DNA of 55,764 nt from a virus. Lineage: Duplodnaviria; Caudoviricetes. Shown one piece after another: positions 10,096-16,863 of this stretch. The notes under the pieces were generated by a model. The model saw only the letters and a list, made by a program, of their open reading frames with translations, did no database searches and was not told where the DNA came from. The stretch is from IMG/VR virus record IMGVR_UViG_3300006927_000008, positions 1-55,764 of that record; one strand, written 5' to 3'. Both the position numbers and the translations under genes were made by a program. Every line of letters starts with the position of its first letter. The stretch's first letter is position 1.

Positions 10096-10172
10096 TGGCG
10101 GCCAATGAGGGATTCGAACCCCCAACCTACGGTTTCGAAGACCGTGGCTCTAGTCCATTGAGCTAATTGGCC
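10096..10172 (-). tRNA. tRNA-Arg(TCG)
   Basis: ACGGT-CTTCGAA-ACCGT, CCA. Confidence 0.9.
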
Positions 10173-10175
10173 AAG

Positions 10176-10253
10176 TGGTGGGGCAGGTGGGATTTGAACC
10201 CACTATCACTCACTTATAAGACGAGCTCCTATACCAGAATTGGAATCTGCCCT
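10176..10253 (-). tRNA. tRNA-Ile(TAT)
   Basis: CTCGT-CTTATAA-GTGAG, CCA. Confidence 0.75.
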
Positions 10254-10263
10254 ACATGTTCTA

Positions 10264-10339
10264 TGGTGGGGATGACGGGAGTCGAACCCGTAACACACAG
10301 ATTTTAAGTCTGCTGCCTCTTCCATTGGGCTACACCCCC
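10264..10339 (-). tRNA. tRNA-Leu(TAA), short variable loop
   Basis: GCAGA-CTTAAAA-TCTGT, CCA. Confidence 0.85.
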
Positions 10340-10340
10340 A

Positions 10341-10724
10341 TTATACTCGTGTCACCTTCTCTGTCTTATATATAGCACCAATGGTATCGAATTTGACAGA
10401 ACCTTGATATCTAATCAAAACAAGTACGTAATGTGAATCGATGCTGTGCCTTTTGAGCATATCGGCAAGCCACGGAGAAGTTTCAACCACCTTGTATGTC
10501 AAGCGATAATTACTAGACTCAGCCATTATAAATTCTTCACCAGGCTTCATATCCATAGCAGTAAGCGACTCTGGTTCTTGCTGTTCATATGAAAGTTCTG
10601 CTCCACATACGATACAAAAATTGTTTTTGCAGCCTTCGCAATAAGTCCTGCCACAACAAGAAACTTCTCTATACTTTATGGAACTTCCGTGTCTGTGTAA
10701 TGTACCAAGACCTTCATATATCAT
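10341..10724 (-). CDS. hypothetical protein with Cys-rich N-terminus
   Basis: 127 aa; AAAAGGTT RBS after tRNA. Confidence 0.6.
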   Translation of the reverse strand: MIYEGLGTLHRHGSSIKYREVSCCGRTYCEGCKNNFCIVCGAELSYEQQEPESLTAMDMKPGEEFIMAESSNYRLTYKVVETSPWLADMLKRHSIDSHYVLVLIRYQGSVKFDTIGAIYKTEKVTRV

Positions 10725-10743
10725 GACATAACCTTTTATGAAA

Positions 10744-10820
10744 TGGTAGGGGATGCTGGATTCGAACCAGCGACCACCGGTTTAGAAGACCGGTATTCTA
10801 GTCCACTGAATTAATCCCCC
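10744..10820 (-). tRNA. tRNA-Arg(TCT)
   Basis: CCGGT-CTTCTAA-ACCGG, CCA. Confidence 0.9.
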
Positions 10821-10997
10821 AATATATTCTTCGTTGTATGCGAGGCTATAATGGACTTCCTTTATTTCCCATCCTTATGTATATCTATAATCCACAACGG
10901 TGTAAAAGTATACCAAAACCTGCTTGAGAACCATTGTTTAAGCCGCTTTACAGAGGCTCTAAGAGCATTGAATCTCTGCTCCACATGAATATATGGA

Positions 10998-11072
10998 TGG
11001 AGCCAGCAGTGGGATTCGAACCCACGATCTCCCGATTACGAAACAGGTGCTTTATCACTAAGCGATGCCGGC
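10998..11072 (-). tRNA. tRNA-Thr(CGT)
   Basis: Loop TT-CGT-AA, GCC/GGC-T-CCA acceptor. Confidence 0.85.
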
Positions 11073-11079
11073 ATTAATA

Positions 11080-11172
11080 TGGAGGACCAGAAGGGAATCG
11101 AACCCTCAATGTGTCGTTAACTGTTGCTAGGTTAAAAGCCTAGTGCTGACAACCACTATCAGCGTCTGGTCC
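11080..11172 (-). tRNA. tRNA-Lys(TTT) with long variable region
   Basis: CTAGG-CTTTTAA-CCTAG, about 19-nt variable region, CCA. Confidence 0.7.
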
Positions 11173-11173
11173 A

Positions 11174-11284
11174 CAGTGATAAAGTCGCCAGCGCTGGTGC
11201 TTGTTATCCAGCTTTCGGCTCGGTGACGTCTGCAGTACGTCCAAGCAAGGCAGATCATAGTTCATCCTGAATCTGAAGTCACTG
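11174..11284 (-). ncRNA. candidate multibranch structured RNA
   Basis: CAGTGA/TCACTG closing helix with CAGAT/ATCTG, TGCTTG/CAAGCA, GACGT/ACGTC and AGC-CGAAA-GCT inside. Confidence 0.45.
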
Positions 11285-11291
11285 GCTATTA

Positions 11292-11363
11292 TGGTTGCAG
11301 GACTGGGTTTCGATCCCAACGTCTCGGGGTTATGATTCCTGAGTGGTCGCCAGACCTCCTGCA
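11292..11363 (-). tRNA. divergent initiator-like tRNA-Met(CAT)
   Basis: TGCAGG...CCTGCAACCA acceptor, CAT loop, tiny D arm, mismatched anticodon stem. Confidence 0.5.
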
Positions 11364-11639
11364 TCAATTTTAGTATACCGAGAGTTCTCTGTTTCCACGT
11401 ACAGGGACCGCGGGTTGCACGTGACACAAGACCATTCCGCTTGCGGGCGGGAGAATGTAAGGGCGGTAATCGCATCTACATAGCTTCGAAACTACGATCA
11501 TCTCGGTAACATCATTTACAAAAACAATGAAACAATAGATCCAATACTGAATGCAACTCCAGCACAAAGTGGGAGATATCAAACACCACAGAAATCATAG
11601 AATCTATCATTCAAACTATCTTGTTCCACTAGAGCCTCC

Positions 11640-11909
11640 TTACGGTTTAAACTTCTTCACGACTGTTGTCACGACCTCAGCTTCGTCAATGATATGAGGA
11701 TATAGATTTGCTGTATCCACAATGTCAAAAAGCTCAGCCATAATCTTCAAGTTCTCTTCATAAGTCCGTGTGGTCCATTGGTCCATAAACCATTTGATCT
11801 CTGCTTCATCACAACCACTCTGCTTCATAGCATTTCTGGCTGTGGCCATCAATACGAAAGCATTTCCATCAGGACCTGAAAGATCGATGATTAACTGAGG
11901 CTTATTCAT
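11640..11909 (-). CDS. phage hypothetical protein (GPDGNAF motif)
   Basis: GAAAGGTT RBS; IDLSGPDGNAF motif I recognise from phage proteins. Confidence 0.7.
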   Translation of the reverse strand: MNKPQLIIDLSGPDGNAFVLMATARNAMKQSGCDEAEIKWFMDQWTTRTYEENLKIMAELFDIVDTANLYPHIIDEAEVVTTVVKKFKP

Positions 11910-11927
11910 TGTAACCTTTCTTTGTTA

Positions 11928-12107
11928 TGGCGCAGTGGGGAGGAATCGAACCTATATCATTTCGCTATTACCTGTCGGCAATCCGCCATCGCAGGGGTCA
12001 TATGTATTTCTCTACTGACGGAAAGTAGATTCACATACGAACTGATATAAAATGATAGCCGACCTTCTCATAGATAATGAGGCGCTCTACCACTAAACTA
12101 CCACCGC
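11928..12107 (-). tRNA. tRNA-Asp-like (anticodon ATC) interrupted by a 105-nt structured insert in the T-stem
   Basis: Removing 11954-12058 restores GCGGTGG...CTCA-TTATCTA-TGAG...GGAGG-TTCGATT-CCTCC-CCACTGC-G-CCA. Confidence 0.7.
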
Positions 12108-12115
12108 ACAAAATA

Positions 12116-12193
12116 TGGTACACGTGAGGGGACTCGAACCCCCATCGACGAGAGTGAAAATCTCGCATCCTAGTCCAATTAGACGACACGTGC
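12116..12193 (-). tRNA. tRNA-Glu(TTC)
   Basis: CGAGA-TTTTCAC-TCTCG, CCA. Confidence 0.9.
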
Positions 12194-12200
12194 ATATTAA

Positions 12201-12306
12201 CTAGCGAGGTTCAAAAGGTATCTCGAGATTTCCTCTATTCCCCCTTACCAACGACTTAATCCTTCAGGGATTCGAACCCTATTTTCCCCCTCACGGCAAC
12301 ATCCCC
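12201..12306 (-). ncRNA. candidate T-arm-containing non-tRNA RNA
   Basis: AGGG-TTCGAAT-CCCT hairpin inside a GTGAGG/CCTCGC helix; no CCA or anticodon arm. Confidence 0.4.
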
Positions 12307-12310
12307 ATTA

Positions 12311-12387
12311 TGGTGGGCGCCAAGGGTAACGATCCCTTTATCTTCCGCGTATCAGACGGAGGCATTTACCATTTATGCTAGACGCCT
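12311..12387 (-). tRNA. tRNA-Ile(GAT)
   Basis: TCCGT-CTGATAC-GCGGA, CCA; atypical T-loop ATCGTTA. Confidence 0.8.
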
Positions 12388-12445
12388 ACAGTACTTTTTC
12401 TTGCCTTGCCAACCCCAACTCTCTGTCTTAGAACCTTTCATATTA

Positions 12446-12519
12446 TGGCGGAACCGAGGGGCCATGATCCCCCACCTACTCCCGTGACAGGGGAGTGCTC
12501 TACATTAAGCTACGATTCC
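12446..12519 (-). tRNA. tRNA-Asp(GTC)
   Basis: CTCCC-CTGTCAC-GGGAG, G73, CCA. Confidence 0.85.
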
Positions 12520-12769
12520 ATTTTCTTTATCAATTTACTGTATCGTCTCTATGTGTCGAGTCGATAGTCAAATCTCTTTTGCAATGTTGGTCATCAGTCT
12601 GCCGAAGAGCTATGGCAGTTCTGCCTCTTTTCAAAGTGTATGGTGTATAGTTACCACCATATTTTGACCAAGTGAATTTGTCTCCTTTATATGGGAGACG
12701 TTTAACTTCTACAGTATCCATGATTATTCTCCTTACAACTAATATAATCAATTTCTGGACAATTGTAAA

Positions 12770-13201
12770 CTACTTTGCATCTTTTGTGCCATAGACGATA
12801 TGACCCATATAGATCTGGATGATGAAGAAGAATCCGGTTACGAACCAGCCGGCAGCGGCCATCAATGTAACAATGCCGATATCATAAGTTATGTCAACCC
12901 AACGTGGAACTGGGCGAGCGCAGGCCATTTTCCGAAACACCTCCAGTATCGCCTCTTTCTTCTTTTTGATATCATCTGTCTCATTAAATCCGGTAGTTTC
13001 TTCTTCTACCAGGTGGGCAATTAACTTCGCAAAACCTATCATACCACCAACGATGATGGATATGAAGATTGTCCACCAAGCATATAGCCAAGCTATATTG
13101 CTAGCCCAACCTATATCATATACTGTCCCTGCGACCATCGAGGCGGCGAATAATGTATTCATAACTACCCACCTGAAAGCTTTACCTTTTTTCTTAGCCA
13201 T
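12770..13201 (-). CDS. hypothetical membrane protein
   Basis: 143 aa, 3-4 hydrophobic segments; GAAAGGTT RBS after tRNA-Ser. Confidence 0.7.
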   Translation of the reverse strand: MAKKKGKAFRWVVMNTLFAASMVAGTVYDIGWASNIAWLYAWWTIFISIIVGGMIGFAKLIAHLVEEETTGFNETDDIKKKKEAILEVFRKMACARPVPRWVDITYDIGIVTLMAAAGWFVTGFFFIIQIYMGHIVYGTKDAK

Positions 13202-13216
13202 TCCAACCTTTCTGTA

Positions 13217-13305
13217 TGGCGGAGAGCCAGGGAATTGAACCCTGTGTGCCTTTTACAACACGACAGTTTAGCAAACTGCTTAGCAGACCAAATGCAATGC
13301 TCTCC
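13217..13305 (-). tRNA. tRNA-Ser(GCT)
   Basis: Loop TT-GCT-AA, long variable arm, G73. Confidence 0.85.
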
Positions 13306-13312
13306 ATTATTA

Positions 13313-13403
13313 TGGCGGAGGCGTAGAGAATCGAACTCTAGACGCAGTGTTTGCTACGCAGCCGGGTTCAAACCGGTGTCCTCGTCCATGCCGGACCACC
13401 TCC
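13313..13403 (-). tRNA. tRNA-Ser(TGA)
   Basis: Loop TT-TGA-AC, long variable arm, G73. Confidence 0.85.
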
Positions 13404-13422
13404 ATTTACAATCTTTCTTAAA

Positions 13423-13497
13423 TGGCTCCTGCCCAGGGAGTCGAACCCCGAACCGGTCGGTTAACAGCCGACTGCTCTGCCATTGAGCTAGACAGGA
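13423..13497 (-). tRNA. tRNA-Asn(GTT)
   Basis: GTCGG-CTGTTAA-CCGAC, TCC/GGA-G-CCA. Confidence 0.9.
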
Positions 13498-13505
13498 TCA
13501 TGTAG

Positions 13506-13582
13506 TGGCTGGCCTCCAAGGATTCGAACCTTGAATCGACGCCTTCAGAGGACGTTGCATTAGCCGGTTATGCTAGAGGCCA
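13506..13582 (-). tRNA. tRNA-Gln(CTG)
   Basis: Loop CT-CTG-AA, U1-A72, CCA. Confidence 0.85.
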
Positions 13583-13588
13583 TCATTC

Positions 13589-13966
13589 TTACAGCAGTGG
13601 TAGATCTCCAATCAACTGCTTGATCAAGTCTGAATCACATGGACCAAGTGATACACCAACCAAAGTATCTACGATAATCTTGTTCGAGTCCGATACGTTC
13701 ATCTGAACCGTATCAGTCCACTTATAACGAGGCACCTTACCGTCAGGATCGCGGCTGATGATATCTTCAAGGACCTCTCTGTTCGGCACCTTATGGACGA
13801 AGATGTATGGATCAGTCAGCCACGGCAAAAATTCATGCCATTCTTTTGGGTCCATAATCTGCTGCCTCATACACTCAGCATGGATATGAGCCACTTGTGC
13901 TGCCATCAACCCTGGAGTAAAACCAAGGTCAGTGCGGATCAGGATACTCTGTCGCAGGTTTGCCAT
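13589..13966 (-). CDS. pth2: peptidyl-tRNA hydrolase, Pth2 type
   Basis: QSILIRTDLG.TPGLMAAQVAH and TLVGVSLGP...IGDLPLL match the Pth2 family pattern. Confidence 0.8.
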   Translation of the reverse strand: MANLRQSILIRTDLGFTPGLMAAQVAHIHAECMRQQIMDPKEWHEFLPWLTDPYIFVHKVPNREVLEDIISRDPDGKVPRYKWTDTVQMNVSDSNKIIVDTLVGVSLGPCDSDLIKQLIGDLPLL

Positions 13967-14131
13967 TTATTCGTCCACCTCCGTGTAACCCTTCTTGTGC
14001 TTCTGCTTTCGAGAATAATGCTGACGATCTCCCTTGGAAGCGTGTGGCTGAGTTGCTCTTCCACCCTGGCCTCTGCGAATCTGTCGTCTGAGTTCCTCGT
14101 AATCGATACCAACTGCGTCCATGGTCTTCAT
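13967..14131 (-). CDS. 54-aa basic peptide with ArfA-like YxRKxKHK motif
   Basis: Translated by hand: MKTMDAVGIDYEELRRQIRRGQGGRATQPHASKGDRQHYSRKQKHKKGYTEVDE; own promoter (14162-14190) and CAGGA RBS. Confidence 0.5.
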   Translation of the reverse strand: MKTMDAVGIDYEELRRQIRRGQGGRATQPHASKGDRQHYSRKQKHKKGYTEVDE

Positions 14132-14195
14132 GGTTTTTCCTGTGTAAAAGTGTGTAGTCTAAATATAACCATTTGTACTGCGATTGTAAAGGCTT

Positions 14196-14597
14196 TTATA
14201 TATAATCTTCAACCCCTTTTTCATCACCATCATCTTCGAGGCAGTTCCAGGGAGTGGAACCATACCACTGTGGGTGCTCTTTCAGATAATCACCATCCAC
14301 TTCGACAACATCGACCTCGCCTGGGCCCGTGAGCCCGAATTCCTCGTGCAAATATTCATGTCGAGCGAAGTGTTCGGCTTGGGCTGGATTTTCTGCAACC
14401 ACTGCAGCCTTGACGATTGTTGATACCATGAAACACTTCAACGACGGTTCGGCTGGTGTGAGCGCCTCATCTTTGGCTGGAATCGATGCGATCAGCTTAT
14501 CCCTCTCTTCAGGGTCGAGTGACGCGATCCACTCCAATGCAACCTGCTCAAATGCCTTCACGTAATTTGCATCCTCCGTATCAGTAGCCATTTTCAA
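14196..14597 (-). CDS. acidic hypothetical protein
   Basis: 133 aa in a minus-strand operon. Confidence 0.6.
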   Translation of the reverse strand: MKMATDTEDANYVKAFEQVALEWIASLDPEERDKLIASIPAKDEALTPAEPSLKCFMVSTIVKAAVVAENPAQAEHFARHEYLHEEFGLTGPGEVDVVEVDGDYLKEHPQWYGSTPWNCLEDDGDEKGVEDYI

Positions 14598-14599
14598 TC

Positions 14600-14782
14600 C
14601 TATGATTCGGGTCCGAGGAATAATTCATCCCAGCAGGCGTCGGAGCACATCCCCGAAATCCACTGTTCGACATCCATGCTCGTTCCGTAGATCGATGCGA
14701 GCTCATGGGTCTCAAAAGTTGGAACGTATTCACGCCCGCAGTGAGGACACTTAAGAACCGCATTCAATTTCGTTTCAACCAT
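14600..14782 (-). CDS. small zinc-finger-like protein
   Basis: CPHC...CSDAC; GGAGG RBS; promoter at 14816-14844. Confidence 0.6.
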   Translation of the reverse strand: MVETKLNAVLKCPHCGREYVPTFETHELASIYGTSMDVEQWISGMCSDACWDELFLGPES

Positions 14783-14897
14783 TGTGCCTCCATATCCATT
14801 AAACCTTACATACTAAATATAGGCAATTTTGAGGGTATCGTAAACGTCTTTTCGGAACTAATTAACCTGTCGTAAATCCAATGTTTATGATGACTTA

Positions 14898-14971
14898 TGG
14901 AAGCCCCCGAGGGATTTGAACCCTCACCCAGCACGTTCAAAGCGTGCCTATGCTACTTACACCAAGGGGCT
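14898..14971 (-). tRNA. tRNA-Gln(TTG)
   Basis: GCACG-CTTTGAA-CGTGC, CCA. Confidence 0.85.
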
Positions 14972-14974
14972 ATA

Positions 14975-15055
14975 TGGTCGGGTGCTCAGGAATCGAACCT
15001 GGCTAGCGCAAGCGCTGGAGGGTTACAGCCTCCAATGTATCCCAGTACTCACCCG
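14975..15055 (-). tRNA. tRNA-Tyr(GTA) with C1:G72
   Basis: GGAGG-CTGTAAC-CCTCC, long variable arm, CGGGTG/CACCCG-A-CCA. Confidence 0.75.
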
Positions 15056-15058
15056 TTA

Positions 15059-15136
15059 TGGTGCTCGATGTAGGACTCGAACCTACGAAATCACCTGTAT
15101 GTCAAACAGGTCCCTTAGCCACTAGGGTAATCGAGC
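15059..15136 (-). tRNA. tRNA-Val(GAC)
   Basis: CCTGT-TTGACAT-ACAGG, CCA. Confidence 0.9.
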
Positions 15137-15139
15137 ATA

Positions 15140-15224
15140 TGGTGCTCATGACTGGATTCGAACCAGCGATCCCGAAGGAACAACGCCCTCAACGTTGCGC
15201 GTATACCAGTTTCGCCACATGAGC
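15140..15224 (-). tRNA. tRNA-Leu(GAG)
   Basis: CAACG-TTGAGGG-CGTTG, long variable arm, CCA. Confidence 0.9.
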
Positions 15225-15228
15225 ATAT

Positions 15229-15450
15229 TCATGATATTTCAGGTGTATGCATCTTTTCATCATACGGATATATTTCAAAGAAGTACGAAAATCCTTTGTA
15301 CTCAATTGCATAATCCAATATGGCCTTACATACGACCTTATTATAGAACTCTTCTATAGTCATCGAAGGAGTGAGAGTACCGCCTAACTTTCTGGCGAGA
15401 TCTATCTCATCACGTATCTTCGACTTCCTTGTCATTGAGAGTCTATACAT
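15229..15450 (-). CDS. small hypothetical protein
   Basis: AAAGGT RBS after tRNA-Thr. Confidence 0.55.
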   Translation of the reverse strand: MYRLSMTRKSKIRDEIDLARKLGGTLTPSMTIEEFYNKVVCKAILDYAIEYKGFSYFFEIYPYDEKMHTPEIS

Positions 15451-15472
15451 TTATTACCTTTATTCAAATAAA

Positions 15473-15549
15473 TGGAGCCGTAGGTGGGAATCGAACCCAC
15501 GATCTCTTCCTTACCAAGGAAGCGCCCTCACCTTGAAGACCTCTACGGC
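15473..15549 (-). tRNA. tRNA-Thr(GGT)
   Basis: CTTCC-TTGGTAA-GGAAG, CCA. Confidence 0.85.
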
Positions 15550-15665
15550 AATTTGTAGATATCGTTCTGTCGAATATAGTCATAAACACCAGCAGAAAGT
15601 AGATGTCTAATGCTGAGACCTTTTCAATTCTATCTCGTACCTCTGATGAAGAAACCTCCATTATG

Positions 15666-15738
15666 TGGTAGCCCTGGAGGGAGTTGAACCCCCTAGCTCT
15701 GGTTCGTAGCCGAAGCGCCTCAATCCCTAGGCAGGGCT
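15666..15738 (-). tRNA. tRNA-Arg(ACG)
   Basis: Loop CT-ACG-AA, CCA; weak D arm. Confidence 0.75.
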
Positions 15739-15836
15739 ATAGTCAATATCGAACTCAAACAGTTTTTAATGCAATTGGCCTGAAAAATTAATTCAGTTGA
15801 TACTCAGAGCCACGTAGAGGCTTGCATTGTTCTGAG

Positions 15837-15914
15837 TGGTTGACCGACGGGACTCGAACCCGCATACTCTCGATTCACAGTCGAGAACCTTAATTCCTTT
15901 AGGCTACGGTCAAC
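15837..15914 (-). tRNA. tRNA-His(GTG)
   Basis: CTCGA-CTGTGAA-TCGAG. Confidence 0.85.
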
Positions 15915-15942
15915 ACGGGTGAGGGAATTGAATCCCTCAATA

Positions 15943-16015
15943 TGGCACGGGTAGTAGGTATCGATCCCACTGCGATCGGGTTTGGAATCCAATCCGCTGG
16001 CCACAGCTTACCCGT
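15943..16015 (-). tRNA. tRNA-Trp(CCA)
   Basis: Loop TT-CCA-AA, G73, CCA; short D arm. Confidence 0.7.
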
Positions 16016-16190
16016 ATATTTCTATTTGATTCTCTGCTCTTTTCTTGGTACCGCTACTTCATCTCTCTTAAAGAAGAAAACATATCCACCGTAAAGTAAG
16101 ACAGCGGCAATACCAAGATACAACATCACATCACTTCCACCGCCACTTACTCCAACCGTTACTCCTTCAGTAACTCCATTCATAACCATA

Positions 16191-16267
16191 TGGTGCCCAT
16201 GGTAGGATTCGAACCTACAACACACAGCTTCTAAGGCTGCTGTCTCTTCCAATTGGACTACATGGGC
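16191..16267 (-). tRNA. tRNA-Leu(TAG), short variable loop
   Basis: GCAGC-CTTAGAA-GCTGT, CCA. Confidence 0.85.
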
Positions 16268-16272
16268 ATATT

Positions 16273-16459
16273 AAAGCGGAGCTCTATTCCATTAGGCCAT
16301 CACACCCGAAACGGACAGAATTGAAACACTGAAAACGTGATAAGCGAATCAGACGTTCAATTCCCCTCCTATCATTTGAAGCATCCGGATGGTGGCCGGA
16401 ATCTCTTGGCGAGCGAAAGTCGCCAAGGCTCTGTCTACCGATATTTGAGCTATGCTTCA
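16273..16459 (-). ncRNA. tRNA-like cloverleaf (16377-16459) with a 3' extension able to refold it
   Basis: TGAAGCA/TGCTTCA, GCTC/GAGC, CTTGGCGA-CTTTCGC-TCGCCAAG, TCCGG-CCACCAT-CCGGA; no CCA. Confidence 0.55.
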
Positions 16460-16462
16460 TAA

Positions 16463-16554
16463 TGGCTGGGGAAGTAGGACTCGAACCTACGTACCGTTTT
16501 CAACCGGTCGACCGCATTAACAGTGCGGGGCATTGCCAACTCTGCCACCTCGGT
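16463..16554 (-). tRNA. chimeric long-variable-arm tRNA with Asn(GTT) anticodon and non-pairing acceptor stem
   Basis: CCGCA-CTGTTAA-TGCGG; last 28 nt identical to the tRNA at 16701; 5' ACCGAGG does not pair with TTCCCCA. Confidence 0.55.
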
Positions 16555-16684
16555 ATATTTCTGTGTCTTCTTCAAGATCAATTTCATGACCACATTTGCA
16601 TCTGAAGTATCTGCCAGTGTCATCAACTCTTCGGTGACGATGGATCCAGTCTTCGTGGAAATTGCAGCCTTGATCTTCTTTCAT
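16517..16684 (-). CDS. 55-aa His/Cys-rich peptide
   Basis: GAAAGGTT RBS; MKEDQGCNFHEDWIHRHRRVDDTGRYFRCKCGHEIDL...; stop falls in the next tRNA anticodon loop. Confidence 0.45.
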   Translation of the reverse strand: MKEDQGCNFHEDWIHRHRRVDDTGRYFRCKCGHEIDLEEDTEIYRGGRVGNAPHC

Positions 16685-16700
16685 GATAACCTTTCAATAA

Positions 16701-16778
16701 TGGCTGGGGAAGTAGGACTCGAACCTACCTCATTTCCGGTTAACAGCCGGACGCTATCGCCTGGACAGCTCTTCCCCA
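16701..16778 (-). tRNA. tRNA-Asn(GTT)
   Basis: TCCGG-CTGTTAA-CCGGA, G73, CCA. Confidence 0.85.
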
Positions 16779-16786
16779 ATATATTA

Positions 16787-16863
16787 TGGTCAGGGTGGAA
16801 GGATTCGCACCCTCGGCTTCCTCGCCCCAAACGAGGCACTCTACTGGACTGAGTTACACCCTG
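16787..16863 (-). tRNA. tRNA-Pro(TGG)
   Basis: CCTCG-TTTGGGG-CGAGG, C1-G72, CCA. Confidence 0.9.

Noticed and set aside
11954-12058. Hammerhead, twister or group I intron identity for the tRNA insert
   Set aside because: No CUGANGA/GAAA core or twister consensus recognised, and too short for a group I intron.
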